Source: an uncultured virus (IMG/VR IMGVR_UViG_3300034061_003767)
Taxonomy: Duplodnaviria > Heunggongvirae > Uroviricota > Caudoviricetes
Strand: one strand, 5' to 3'
Length of the DNA: 64,000 bases
IMG/VR virus record: IMGVR_UViG_3300034061_003767
Below are positions 51,910 to 62,263 of this stretch, in pieces; position 1 is the first letter of the stretch, and every line of letters starts with the position of its first letter. Both the position numbers and the translations under genes were made by a program. The notes under the pieces are model-generated. The model made no database searches. It was not told the DNA's origin and saw only the letters and a program-made list of their open reading frames with translations.

Positions 51910-52311
51910 ATGCACGACCCATATGATGACGAAGATGATGGTTATGATGATGAACATTATGATAAAGACTATAATGATCAATATGATCCATATAAATTCT
52001 ATTTTCAGTTCGACATGAGTAATACCCCATTGTCAGACTGGATTACTAAAATGATTAATGATATAGTAAATAAAGAAATAGACTTGGACAAGATGATAGT
52101 GTTTCCTGTGAATAGTTGGAATCCCAATACTGAGAGCAAGCCAAAACTCCAGTATTTGGGATCCAATTATAATAAAGAGCCTATATGGAAAACTAAATAC
52201 TTTATATCCAACCCTCTTAATCAAGAATATAAAAAACATTTACAAAGCAATGCAGCACATTTTATTAAACAACCCAATTATTACAAGGGTTTGTTTGATA
52301 TTTTAAATTAA
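51910..52311 (+). CDS. Hypothetical protein with acidic N-terminus
   Basis: GAGG RBS, MHDPYDDEDDG. Confidence 0.7.
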   Translation: MHDPYDDEDDGYDDEHYDKDYNDQYDPYKFYFQFDMSNTPLSDWITKMINDIVNKEIDLDKMIVFPVNSWNPNTESKPKLQYLGSNYNKEPIWKTKYFISNPLNQEYKKHLQSNAAHFIKQPNYYKGLFDILN

Positions 52312-52322
52312 AAGGAGTTTCT

Positions 52323-52748
52323 ATGTCTGACTCAGAATGGTTTATTGTGCCTGATTTATCAGAGTTTACAGATAAAGCACGATCAATAGTCTATAATAAT
52401 TTTGGCGTTTGGAACAATAAAACAGATATGGATATCCTTATAGATGATGTGGCTCAAAATGAAAAAGCGGAATTTGATAAAGTATTATCTCATCAAGAGA
52501 GTTTAGTAATAGTTAAAGAAAATCTGAAAAGAGAAAGAAATAAGATCACAAAAAAAATTAGATATATTCTAAACGATGATATATTTGCTGAGATAGTATA
52601 TAAACTTAATGATAGGATGGTAAGTAATATTATTAGTGGTTTGGTTCAAAAGGGTTTAGTAGAAACTGCTTTTGATGAAGAGGCCAACGACTTTGTTTTT
52701 TGGGTGAAAAATGATCAAGAAGAAAAAGAAAAACCAGAAACCGATTGA
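52323..52748 (+). CDS. Hypothetical protein
   Basis: AAGGAG RBS; similar C-terminus to 39617-40012. Confidence 0.75.
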   Translation: MSDSEWFIVPDLSEFTDKARSIVYNNFGVWNNKTDMDILIDDVAQNEKAEFDKVLSHQESLVIVKENLKRERNKITKKIRYILNDDIFAEIVYKLNDRMVSNIISGLVQKGLVETAFDEEANDFVFWVKNDQEEKEKPETD

Positions 52749-53139
52749 AATAGATGCTCACTTCAAATATCGATGTCCAAAATCAAATTGCGGATTTGAT
52801 CATTGGCTATCTTTAAAAGAGTGTCAAACAAAAGACTTTAAAATAGTTTGTGATTGTGGGTTTGTATTTAAGCCTAAAAAAATATCTAAGATTAAGATAG
52901 TTTATTCAGATATTAAGTTGGCGGACAACAAAGAACAACCCGCCAAGATTATAGAAAAACCTAAAATTCCTGTTGACTTTAAGAACGATTGTGGTAAACT
53001 ATTGATTAGTTATGGTTTCACAAAAGAAGAAGCGATATCTTTATGTGAAAAAGCTTTTGAGAAAAATCCGGTTAACAGTTCTGGATTATTGATTAAATAT
53101 ATATTACAAAATTTGGAGCAATTAAATGTCAACAATTAA
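52711..53139 (+). CDS. Zn-ribbon plus RuvA domain III-like protein
   Basis: CPKSNC...CDCG; C-terminal LISYGFTKEEA...LIKYILQ; overlaps ruvB start. Confidence 0.6.
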   Translation: MIKKKKKNQKPIEIDAHFKYRCPKSNCGFDHWLSLKECQTKDFKIVCDCGFVFKPKKISKIKIVYSDIKLADNKEQPAKIIEKPKIPVDFKNDCGKLLISYGFTKEEAISLCEKAFEKNPVNSSGLLIKYILQNLEQLNVNN

Positions 53140-54019
53140 AAGGCCAACATCGTTCGACAACATTATCGGTCAGTCAGATGTTGTTACCAGACTCAAAATC
53201 TCTACGCTGGGCTGTAAAAAAACAGGTAGCGTCCTCCCTCATGTTTTAATTGACGGGCCTCCTGGCCTTGGTAAAACAACCATAGCGGGTGCTATAGCCA
53301 CTGAGATGGACGTTAATCTATATACCGCAAACGCAGCAAATTTGCGTAGTGTTAAAAGTGTTCTGCCTTATCTGCTGCGTATGACAAAAAGATCAGTATT
53401 TTTTATAGATGAAATTCATAGGCTACCAAAACTAGTTGAAGAATTTCTCTATCCGGTCATGGAAGATTTTAAAATTAATATTGTTCTTGAAAAAGAGCCA
53501 GAAGAAATTGAAATTCCTGCATTTACTTTAGTAGGAGCAACCACTAGCGGAGGTAGTCTTAGTCAGCCGTTTTATGATCGTTTTCAAATCAAAGAACATC
53601 TATCTTTCTATACTGATGATGAACTAGCCAAACTAGCAGGATTGAATTCAAGTAGTCTAGGACTAGTCATACCAGAATCAGACCTTTTGGAAATTGCAAA
53701 AAGAAGCAAAGGAACACCAAGAATTCTAAATGCTAGACTACAATGGTATAAAAACTATAAGATGTGTAATGAAGCAGAATCTGATGTTCATAATATTTTT
53801 CAACTACAAGGAATTGACGAATACGGTCTAGATGTGTATGATAGAATGTATCTAGACATTCTTAAAAATAACAAAGGCAATCCGTTAGGTTTGAAATCCA
53901 TTAGTTCTCTTACGGGCATAGCGATAGAGACTATTGAAAATAGTATTGAGCCATATTTAGTACGAAAAGGATTTGTACATCGCACCCAAAAAGGAAGAGT
54001 CATAGGTCAAATATGTTAA
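53126..54019 (+). CDS. ruvB: Holliday junction branch-migration ATPase RuvB
   Basis: RP.SFD.IIGQ, GPPGLGKTT, FIDEIHRL, GATT, GTPRI, IEPYL, RTQKGR. Confidence 0.95.
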   Translation: MSTIKRPTSFDNIIGQSDVVTRLKISTLGCKKTGSVLPHVLIDGPPGLGKTTIAGAIATEMDVNLYTANAANLRSVKSVLPYLLRMTKRSVFFIDEIHRLPKLVEEFLYPVMEDFKINIVLEKEPEEIEIPAFTLVGATTSGGSLSQPFYDRFQIKEHLSFYTDDELAKLAGLNSSSLGLVIPESDLLEIAKRSKGTPRILNARLQWYKNYKMCNEAESDVHNIFQLQGIDEYGLDVYDRMYLDILKNNKGNPLGLKSISSLTGIAIETIENSIEPYLVRKGFVHRTQKGRVIGQIC

Positions 54020-54396
54020 AAACAATATGCTTTACGTTTTGTCTTTTATTATTTTCAACAACTATCATTGCTAATGATGGCTTTATTTTATCCTCTATGG
54101 AGGAAACACAAAAACTTTCTAAATTAACAAACAAACCTGCACTAGTAATATTTGGTGCAGACTATTGCAAGTTTTGTCAGATACTTAAACAAGATATCTT
54201 GACTAATCAATTAAGTCCAAGCATAAATGAATATATTATATGCTATATTGATGTAAAAGATAATCTTAATCTAAAAAACAAATATAAAATATCTTCTATA
54301 CCCGACTCTAGAATATTTATTGATAACGAACAAGTGTCTAAAACCACGGGCTATTCAAAAGACACATATAAAAAGTGGTTAAATAATGATCGATAA
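54013..54396 (+). CDS. Exported thioredoxin-like protein
   Basis: Signal peptide; FGADYCKFC; IP cis-Pro loop. Confidence 0.8.
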   Translation: MLKTICFTFCLLLFSTTIIANDGFILSSMEETQKLSKLTNKPALVIFGADYCKFCQILKQDILTNQLSPSINEYIICYIDVKDNLNLKNKYKISSIPDSRIFIDNEQVSKTTGYSKDTYKKWLNNDR

Positions 54397-54694
54397 TAAT
54401 TCTATAATAATATTAGTCATTATTATTTTAATTATTAATTCGTTTTTTATAGGATACTTATTGGGTCGATCTGTCAGTACAAAGGGTGTATCAAATAATA
54501 ATACCAAATCATTTTTTAAACGAGAACACGAGAAACTAAACACAAATAATCCTATTTCCATAGACGATAAAAAATTCGTTGCTGATATCAAAACAGATGG
54601 ATTAGAAAAAAAATATGATTCATTAGGAGATATTAAAAAGAGTGAAGAAAATATCTCTAATTCTGTAAACAAACTTAAAAACCTAAAGAGGTAG
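54386..54694 (+). CDS. Single-pass membrane protein
   Basis: N-terminal hydrophobic helix; immediately upstream of actin-like gene. Confidence 0.75.
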   Translation: MIDNNSIIILVIIILIINSFFIGYLLGRSVSTKGVSNNNTKSFFKREHEKLNTNNPISIDDKKFVADIKTDGLEKKYDSLGDIKKSEENISNSVNKLKNLKR

Positions 54695-54698
54695 TACA

Positions 54699-55700
54699 AT
54701 GTCAAAAGGCTTAGACGTAGGAACAAGTTACATAGTATTGTCTTCAGAACAAGATGGCAATATAGAGTATAAAGACTTTAGAGATGCTTTCTATATAATT
54801 AAACCTACCACTCCCGTAGCAACCAAAATGATCGAAAAAGGTTTAGCTGGAAAAACATTTATCAAAGATAGTGACGGATCGTTTATTATCTTAGGAAAAG
54901 ACGCTATAGAAAAAGCAGTAGAAAGAAATGATGTTGCAAAAAGACCCATGTATAGGGGTGTTGTCTCAGCAAAAGAAAAAGACGCAAAAAGAGTACTAGC
55001 ATTTATTTTAAAAGAAGTAGTCGGAACATCCTCAGAGTCAGGAGAAAAACTTGTATTCTGTGTTCCTGCACAACCTGTTGATCAAGAAGACGAAGATTTT
55101 GATGTTGGATACCATGAAGATGTTGTTAAAAGTGTTTTAGCAGAATGTGGTTATGATGCTAGAGCAATTAATGAAGCAGAGGCTTTGTGCTACTCAGAAT
55201 TAGAGGGCGATGATTATACTGGGATAGCAATTAGTTGTGGGGCTGGTATGACAAATGTTTGTGTTATGTTAAACGGTGAGCCAACAGTAGTCTTTAGTAC
55301 CACAAAGTCAGGCGATTGGATTGATCGTATGAGTGCTGTAGCCACAGGAGAAACGGATAGTGTTGTACAGGCTGAGAAAGAGGGTGGTCAATTTAAAATT
55401 GGAGAACCCAACAACAATCCTGTCCTTGCTGCGGTATCTGCATATTATGAAAGACTAATTGATTATACTACAAAACAATTATCCTCAGCATTAACAGGAC
55501 ATAAGTCTTTACCAAAATTTAAAGATCCTCTCAAAATTGTTGTTGCTGGAGGAACCTCTCAAGCACAAGGATATATAGAATTATTCACACAAAAACTAGC
55601 AGAAAATAACTTCCCTCTTGTAGTCAAAGAGGTCGTCCACGCTACTGATCCACTTCATGCTGTTTCTAAAGGATGCTTAATAGCGGCCAAAGTATTATAA
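54699..55700 (+). CDS. Actin-like ATPase (MreB/volactin-like)
   Basis: Phosphate-1 GLDVGT, INEAEA, phosphate-2 SCGAGMT, adenosine VAGGTS, connect-2 AVSKG. Confidence 0.85.
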   Translation: MSKGLDVGTSYIVLSSEQDGNIEYKDFRDAFYIIKPTTPVATKMIEKGLAGKTFIKDSDGSFIILGKDAIEKAVERNDVAKRPMYRGVVSAKEKDAKRVLAFILKEVVGTSSESGEKLVFCVPAQPVDQEDEDFDVGYHEDVVKSVLAECGYDARAINEAEALCYSELEGDDYTGIAISCGAGMTNVCVMLNGEPTVVFSTTKSGDWIDRMSAVATGETDSVVQAEKEGGQFKIGEPNNNPVLAAVSAYYERLIDYTTKQLSSALTGHKSLPKFKDPLKIVVAGGTSQAQGYIELFTQKLAENNFPLVVKEVVHATDPLHAVSKGCLIAAKVL

Positions 55701-55763
55701 TATAATAATATATTCAGTGTATTTAAATAGGATGTTCAGCCTCTAATAATTACGGAGGATGGT

Positions 55764-56519
55764 ATGCTTAAAAAGATTATATTCTGCATCTTATTTATTA
55801 ATTTATCAACAATTTTTGCTGGAACAACAGACCCCAATACTCCAGATCAAAAGTATGTGGATTATGCCAAAGACTTTTATTATGTAGGTAAAATATGTGG
55901 ATCTTATGAAGACGGCACTAGATTTTGTGCATCTGCTGTAGCAATAGATGATCATCATATATTAACTGCTGCTCATGTTGTAAAAAATAGTGTTTCGTGT
56001 TCGGTTTCTTTTGATGATAAAAAATATAACATAATTACAATGACTATACATAAAGATTTCAATGAAAATAAATTTGGAACAGCAGATATTGCTATAGGAT
56101 ATTCAGAAAAATCGTTTGACTTAAAGTTTTATCCACAATTATACAATAATAATGATGAAATTGGCAAAGTGTGCTGTATTTCTGGATATGGTTTAACTGG
56201 TACATTTAAAACTGGAGCACGCTTATCTGATCAAAAAAAACGAGCAGGATCAAATATCATAGATGATATAGAAGATGATATGCTTATTTGTAGTCCTTCT
56301 TATCCTCAAGATTCTAATAGAACTTCATTAGAATTTTTTATAGCTAGTGGAGATAGTGGTGGTGGTCTTTTTATAGATAGTCGTTTGGCCGGAATAAATT
56401 CTTGTGTGATGGCTATTGACAGATCGCCCAAAAGCAAATATAATGAACAGTCAGGCCATACTAGGATTCAAAAATTCATCTCTTGGATTGAAGAAAACAA
56501 AATTAAAAAACAAAAATGA
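55764..56519 (+). CDS. Secreted trypsin-like serine protease
   Basis: LTAAHV, DIA, GDSGGG catalytic triad; signal peptide. Confidence 0.9.
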   Translation: MLKKIIFCILFINLSTIFAGTTDPNTPDQKYVDYAKDFYYVGKICGSYEDGTRFCASAVAIDDHHILTAAHVVKNSVSCSVSFDDKKYNIITMTIHKDFNENKFGTADIAIGYSEKSFDLKFYPQLYNNNDEIGKVCCISGYGLTGTFKTGARLSDQKKRAGSNIIDDIEDDMLICSPSYPQDSNRTSLEFFIASGDSGGGLFIDSRLAGINSCVMAIDRSPKSKYNEQSGHTRIQKFISWIEENKIKKQK

Positions 56520-56925
56520 AAGACTTTGATAGTTTTGATAGAAAATCTTTTCGTAAAGAAAAATTAGATAGCAAAAAAAAAGATAGAAAATTATCTAGCG
56601 ATTTTAGCGAAGAGCAAAGAATTAAAAGATTAAATAAACAAAATCTAAAGAAAAAAATTCAGGAAATAGCAGAAGAAGAAAAATGGGAAGACTGGGAAAA
56701 TGAAATACATTGAGGAAATTTATTCTGGAGATTGTTTTGAATTTAAAAATAAACAATATTTATTAACACATGACTTTAAAAAAAATGGTCAAAGATTATG
56801 TTATTGTTTATTAGACGGCACAGGAGAATGGTTTGAGCCTTCTGTTATGGTTGAGATATTTCCTATATATGGACTAGACAATAACAATAATACATATCCT
56901 ATTAAACCAACACCGAAATCGTCAG

Positions 56926-57180
56926 ATGTTATCTAGATTAAAAATATTTGTCTCGTCATTATTCTGGCATATTGCTAGAGGATTGCCAAAAAGTGGAAAA
57001 CAAAATATCTTAGCAAGATATGACATTTGTAAACAATGTGAATCTTATAATCGTCAATACAAAATTTGTAATGAATGTGGATGTAATATATCTAATAAAA
57101 GTATTTTTTTAAATAAATTAGCTTGGGCTGATCAGGAATGTCCTTTAGGAAAATGGGGTAAATATGCAAAAGATAAATAA
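56926..57180 (+). CDS. Cys-rich small protein (DUF6171-like)
   Basis: R..IC..C...C.ECGC...K...CPLGKW. Confidence 0.6.
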   Translation: MLSRLKIFVSSLFWHIARGLPKSGKQNILARYDICKQCESYNRQYKICNECGCNISNKSIFLNKLAWADQECPLGKWGKYAKDK

Positions 57181-57712
57181 AAAACATATATTTTATATTA
57201 AAGATAATTTATTTGACAATATTATTAATAAAATTCAAACTAGTCAAACTAGTCACACAATTATAGTTCCTCATGTATGTAATAATATTAATCTTTTTGA
57301 TGCTGGATTTGCTGGTCAGATCTCTATTAGATATCCTGTAGTCAAAGCAAATTTTCACCTTTTAGGTAAGGATGCTAAATTAGGCTATACGCAATTTGTT
57401 AAAGCGTACGAAAATACCAAAAAAGAAAGTGAAATTGTTTTTGCTAATATGATTAGCCAAAATGGTACTATCGGAGCTTTAAATAAACGTCCATTAAATT
57501 ATGCTTTCTTAATGCGTTGTATGCTTGATGTTAAACAATTTATTCAAAATAAAACTAAAGAAGATACAGAACAAATAATAGAAATACATTGTCCAAAATT
57601 TGGTAGTGGTTTAGCAGGAGGTCAATGGTCTTTTATTCATCAGCTAATAATAGATATATGGAAAAATATTCCCGTCTATGTTTATGACTATGACAATAGG
57701 AATAAAATATAA
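57164..57712 (+). CDS. Macro domain (Poa1p/TARG1-like ADP-ribose processing) protein
   Basis: HVCNN...AGFA; PKFGSGLAGGQW. Confidence 0.8.
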   Translation: MQKINKKHIFYIKDNLFDNIINKIQTSQTSHTIIVPHVCNNINLFDAGFAGQISIRYPVVKANFHLLGKDAKLGYTQFVKAYENTKKESEIVFANMISQNGTIGALNKRPLNYAFLMRCMLDVKQFIQNKTKEDTEQIIEIHCPKFGSGLAGGQWSFIHQLIIDIWKNIPVYVYDYDNRNKI

Positions 57713-58326
57713 TGCAAGATCTTATGACACAACAAGATATCTATAAGGAATTAGATTTTTGGAAAAATTATATACAGCCATATAAAAATTTTAAACATAA
57801 ACAATATTATATAGATTTTTTTCCATTTTCAGAAATTACTGGACATTGTTTAGAAATTGGTTGTGGAGGATCTCCCTTTGTTACATATGTGGATAATCCT
57901 ATATCTAATATAGATTTATCTTTGGTCGATCCTCTAATAAATCAAATAGCAGAACTGCCTAGATATGACTTTTTAAAAAATTATCATATTTTTAATTGTA
58001 GTCTACTAAATTTTAGTACATTAGAAACATACGACTATATTATTTGCTTAAATGTTTTAGATCATTTTCCAAAATATCATACTAATTTTATAGATAAAAT
58101 AAAAAGTCTTTTAAAGCCTCTCGGTAAATTATTTTTATATTATGATATTAGAAAAGAGAATAAAGATGATCACTATAGTATTGATCACAATATAATTTAT
58201 CAACATATTCATAATAATTTTTCTATAGTTAAAGAATCTTTAGCTATTAATCCAGAACATAAAGATTGGTCTACAGTATATATGGGATACAGAGCTGTTT
58301 TAGAAAATAAACTGGACCACAAATGA
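57712..58326 (+). CDS. Class I SAM-dependent methyltransferase
   Basis: LEIGCG, YDYIICLNVLDH, LLKP.G. Confidence 0.85.
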   Translation: MQDLMTQQDIYKELDFWKNYIQPYKNFKHKQYYIDFFPFSEITGHCLEIGCGGSPFVTYVDNPISNIDLSLVDPLINQIAELPRYDFLKNYHIFNCSLLNFSTLETYDYIICLNVLDHFPKYHTNFIDKIKSLLKPLGKLFLYYDIRKENKDDHYSIDHNIIYQHIHNNFSIVKESLAINPEHKDWSTVYMGYRAVLENKLDHK

Positions 58327-58901
58327 ATTATTTACTCGATTGCGGTACTCATTTTTTTCAGGGATTAAACAAACTAAATGATATCTATAGGTTTGACCAT
58401 ACTTGGCAGATTTATTGTTTTGAGGCTAATCCTATAACATTTATAAAATCAAAAAAATATTATCCATCTTTTCCAAATATAATACATGAAAATTTGGCTG
58501 TTTCTATAAACGAAAATGAATGTATAGTAAACTGCGACATAAATAATAATGATGAATGTGGTCAGGGATCAAATATATTAACATCACCACCTAATAAAGA
58601 TATCGTATACAATCACTTGTTCAATTTTATGCCATATAAAGTGAAAAAATTTGATATCTGTAAATTTTTACAACAACTAAATAACATAGAACAATTAATT
58701 ATTAAAATTGATATTGAAGGAGAAGAGTTTAATGTAGTCCCACATATTTTAAAACACTTTAATTGTTCACTCATCAATACTATATATATAGAATTTCATG
58801 AGAGATTTTTTATAGAAGAAATAGAGACTTATCAAAAATTAAAAATAAAATATAAAGAGTCTTTATCCAAACTTGGTTGCCGCGTGATAGAATGGGAATG
58901 A
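58323..58901 (+). CDS. FkbM-family methyltransferase
   Basis: LDCG, FEANP, KIDIEGEE, IEFH. Confidence 0.85.
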   Translation: MNYLLDCGTHFFQGLNKLNDIYRFDHTWQIYCFEANPITFIKSKKYYPSFPNIIHENLAVSINENECIVNCDINNNDECGQGSNILTSPPNKDIVYNHLFNFMPYKVKKFDICKFLQQLNNIEQLIIKIDIEGEEFNVVPHILKHFNCSLINTIYIEFHERFFIEEIETYQKLKIKYKESLSKLGCRVIEWE

Positions 58902-58908
58902 ATAATAT

Positions 58909-59586
58909 ATGAAACTCTACACTCTATATACCGATTCTCATGCTGTTTTATTAAATAATTTTTTTCTTCCTTCTGTTAAGAAAGTAAAAAACATAGAACT
59001 AATTATTGAACATAAACCACAAGACTGTGCATCTGGACAATATATGCAGAATGGTTGGCTGACAACCATGAAACATAAAGTTCAATATCACATAAAAGCC
59101 TGTCAAATATATGACGATGAAATATTTATATATTCTGATTGTGATGTTATTTTTTTAAATAAAAATTTAGTACAATCTATAATTGATGAAATGGGAGATT
59201 GTGATATAGCTTGCCAAAACGATGTTGCCCTCTACAATAATAGAGATACTTGTTGTGCTGGGTTCTTTGTTTGTAAAACCAATAATAAGACTGTACATCT
59301 TTGGCAAAGTATTTTAGAACACATGAATAGTTTACCAACAAATACAAACGAACAAGATCAGTCTTTATTAAATCACTATTTAGATAAAATTGATATTAAA
59401 TATAAAACATTATCTCATAAATTTTTTACATTAGCAAGACATAAACCAGAACTATGGGATCAAAAAAATAACTACTTCGACTTTACTATACCTGATGATA
59501 TTATTGCATACCATGCTAATTGGACACATGGCATAGAAAACAAAATTGCTCTTTTAAATTATGTACAATCTAAAATAAAACAATAA
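58909..59586 (+). CDS. Nucleotide-diphospho-sugar transferase (GT77-like)
   Basis: SDCDV, CAGFF, DQ, HANW..G...K. Confidence 0.8.
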   Translation: MKLYTLYTDSHAVLLNNFFLPSVKKVKNIELIIEHKPQDCASGQYMQNGWLTTMKHKVQYHIKACQIYDDEIFIYSDCDVIFLNKNLVQSIIDEMGDCDIACQNDVALYNNRDTCCAGFFVCKTNNKTVHLWQSILEHMNSLPTNTNEQDQSLLNHYLDKIDIKYKTLSHKFFTLARHKPELWDQKNNYFDFTIPDDIIAYHANWTHGIENKIALLNYVQSKIKQ

Positions 59587-59588
59587 TT

Positions 59589-60449
59589 ATGAATATATTA
59601 ATTACAGGACATAAAGGATTCGTTGGAAAATATTTTGTTACAAAATATGCTAATCATAATATTGTAGGAATCGACATCAAAGATGGTAACGATGTTAGAG
59701 ATTTTTTCAAAAAAGATTTTTCTGCTTTTGATTTGGTTATACATCTTGCGGCTATTGTAGGAGGCAGACAAACTATAGAGGGATCTCCAATATCTGTTGC
59801 TATTGACTTATCGATTGATGCTGAGTTTTTTAGTTGGTGCTTAAAGGCTAAACCTAAACATATAATATATTTTTCTTCATCAGCAGCATATCCGATTAAA
59901 TATCAATATTCTAATTCTAATATTAAGCTATCTGAAGATTTGATAGATTTAGATAATGTAGAATCTCCAGATCTTACTTATGGATGGGCAAAATTAACTG
60001 GTGAATATTTAGCTAAATTTGTAAGTCATGAAATTAATACTACAATTTTTCGCCCATTTTCTGGGTATGGTTCTGACCAAGATTTGTCCTACCCTTTTCC
60101 TTCTTTTATTAAAAGAGCATATGAAAAACAAAATCCTTTCGAGATATGGGGTGACGGAACACAAGTTAGAGATTTTATACATATTCAAGACATTGTGGAT
60201 GCTGTTGATGTGTGTGTTCAAAATAAAATTACCGGCACTTATAATCTTGGATCTGGCATACCTACTTCTTTTAATGATTTAGCAAATCAACTATGTGATA
60301 TAGTTGGTTACCAGCCCTATATCCTGCATAAACCATCTGCTCCTACTGGTGTAATGTATAGGGTTTGTGATCCAACTAAAATGCTAAATTTTTATAAGCC
60401 AAAAATTACTTTAGAACAAGGTATTAATTTAGCTTTAAATTCTATATGA
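59589..60449 (+). CDS. NAD-dependent epimerase/dehydratase
   Basis: TGHKGFVG, HLAA, YGWAK, GDGTQVRDFIH. Confidence 0.92.
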   Translation: MNILITGHKGFVGKYFVTKYANHNIVGIDIKDGNDVRDFFKKDFSAFDLVIHLAAIVGGRQTIEGSPISVAIDLSIDAEFFSWCLKAKPKHIIYFSSSAAYPIKYQYSNSNIKLSEDLIDLDNVESPDLTYGWAKLTGEYLAKFVSHEINTTIFRPFSGYGSDQDLSYPFPSFIKRAYEKQNPFEIWGDGTQVRDFIHIQDIVDAVDVCVQNKITGTYNLGSGIPTSFNDLANQLCDIVGYQPYILHKPSAPTGVMYRVCDPTKMLNFYKPKITLEQGINLALNSI

Positions 60450-62263
60450 GAGTAGCCCATCGTCTAGCAAAGAAATGTCAATCTGATAATTTGATTAATT
60501 TATCCGTTTCTTTTACAAATGCAGACATTTTAAATGATCATATTATTGATGTATTTATCAATAAAAATATAAACATTACAGATAAAAGCATATTGGTTTT
60601 GTCTTTAGTTAATAATTGTGGGAATAGTATATACTATATCGATAAATTTATTCAAGAACTATCAGAAGTATTTAATAATATTAAATTTTGTTTTTTTTCT
60701 AATAACAATAAAGACCCAACACATAAAATCTTAGATAATTTAGAACAAGCTTATAAAAATAATGTTTATATTATAAGACATAAAGATGAACCTATCTCTA
60801 TTGTAGATAGAATTTATAAATTTGCAGAATATCGTAATATTAATTTTATAGAAGCAATTAATAAGTTTGGTACAGATTTTGATTATTTAATAGTTTTTGA
60901 TTCTGATTTATCTGATAGTATTCCGATTCAACCTATAGTTGATAGTCTAAAAATAGAAAACATAGATTGGTCTTGTATAACTGGGAACCATTGTTATAAA
61001 AATTCTTCCTATTATTATGACGATCTAGCATTAAGATTTATTAATGATCCTATCAATATAAGAGACAAATATAAAAATTTTGATATTTTTTATGGAAAAT
61101 CTGAATACTGGCTAGATAATTTATATCTAATGAACAATTGGATTAAAGTTAAATCTGCTTTTGGTGGTCTTAGTATTTATAAAATGCCAGAAGTTTTAGA
61201 TATTTTTCATACCCATCATCATTTATATGATATGGAAAACCTACCAGAATATACTGCTGAGCATATAGCTCTAAATCTTAAACTTACCAAAGATATTTTA
61301 ATTAATCCTAATATCAAATATACCAATACTGTTAACATAGAGGGAAAAATGTATAATCATCCTATAGCTTTTGTTCCTAGAGATGCTGGATTCTTTTCTG
61401 TATTTAATTTCTATGTGGGGTGTCTAACTCAAGGAGGTAGGTCATATCCCCTATGGAATAAACAAGAACTACTGAATATGCATAGAACTAATGATCATTT
61501 TGCATACTGGACAGAGAATTTTAATTGTTGGTTCGATTATTTTGAGCCTGTTGAATTTTTTGCTAATGATACAACACATATATCTCAAGAATATTTAAAA
61601 CTACCAAGATATTCTGGTGAACAAGGACCAGAGGAATTTAGAATACCAGATAAAACTAAACAATTATTAAAGGGAGATAAAGAAACTTTTAAACAATGGC
61701 GAATCAATGTTCATAAGTTTTTCAAAACCTTTGTAAAGTTCAAACCCGAAATTGTCGATAGTGTCAATGAAATTTGGGACGATAATTTTGGTGATAGTCA
61801 GAACATTATCGGGATCCATTATAGACATCCAAGCCATTTTATAGAGAGTGGTAAAATATATTTAGAAGACTATTTCTCTAAAATAGATACTATTCTAAAA
61901 GAACATCCTAGATCAAAGATTTTTTTAGCGTCTGATAGTCAATTTGGTATTTATTCTTTTGTAGAAAGATATGGCAATAGGGTTTTTTATATCCAAGATA
62001 TTGATAGATTAAGCATGGCGGAGTTTTTACAGTGGGCTTTTGGATTAGCCGACGGTAAGGCGGATCATGTTGGTTTTATCAACGGGAAAGGATACGAACT
62101 TCACCATAAACGAGTAGGCAAAATAGATAATAAAAAAATGACCACCGATCTTCTCAAAGAAGTTCTATGTTTATCCCGTTGCAATCAAATTATTAATAAT
62201 ATTTCTAATATTCCATTAGCTATTAGCTATATAAATCCGGAGGTTGAAATTATCACACTATGA
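60446..62263 (+). CDS. Two-domain glycosyltransferase (CAP59/GT69-like GT-A plus NodZ/GT23-like GT-B)
   Basis: FDSD, YYDDLALR, VKSAFGGLSIYK, EH; then GFFS, IGIHYR, IFLASD, LSRC. Confidence 0.7.
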   Translation: MRVAHRLAKKCQSDNLINLSVSFTNADILNDHIIDVFINKNINITDKSILVLSLVNNCGNSIYYIDKFIQELSEVFNNIKFCFFSNNNKDPTHKILDNLEQAYKNNVYIIRHKDEPISIVDRIYKFAEYRNINFIEAINKFGTDFDYLIVFDSDLSDSIPIQPIVDSLKIENIDWSCITGNHCYKNSSYYYDDLALRFINDPINIRDKYKNFDIFYGKSEYWLDNLYLMNNWIKVKSAFGGLSIYKMPEVLDIFHTHHHLYDMENLPEYTAEHIALNLKLTKDILINPNIKYTNTVNIEGKMYNHPIAFVPRDAGFFSVFNFYVGCLTQGGRSYPLWNKQELLNMHRTNDHFAYWTENFNCWFDYFEPVEFFANDTTHISQEYLKLPRYSGEQGPEEFRIPDKTKQLLKGDKETFKQWRINVHKFFKTFVKFKPEIVDSVNEIWDDNFGDSQNIIGIHYRHPSHFIESGKIYLEDYFSKIDTILKEHPRSKIFLASDSQFGIYSFVERYGNRVFYIQDIDRLSMAEFLQWAFGLADGKADHVGFINGKGYELHHKRVGKIDNKKMTTDLLKEVLCLSRCNQIINNISNIPLAISYINPEVEIITL

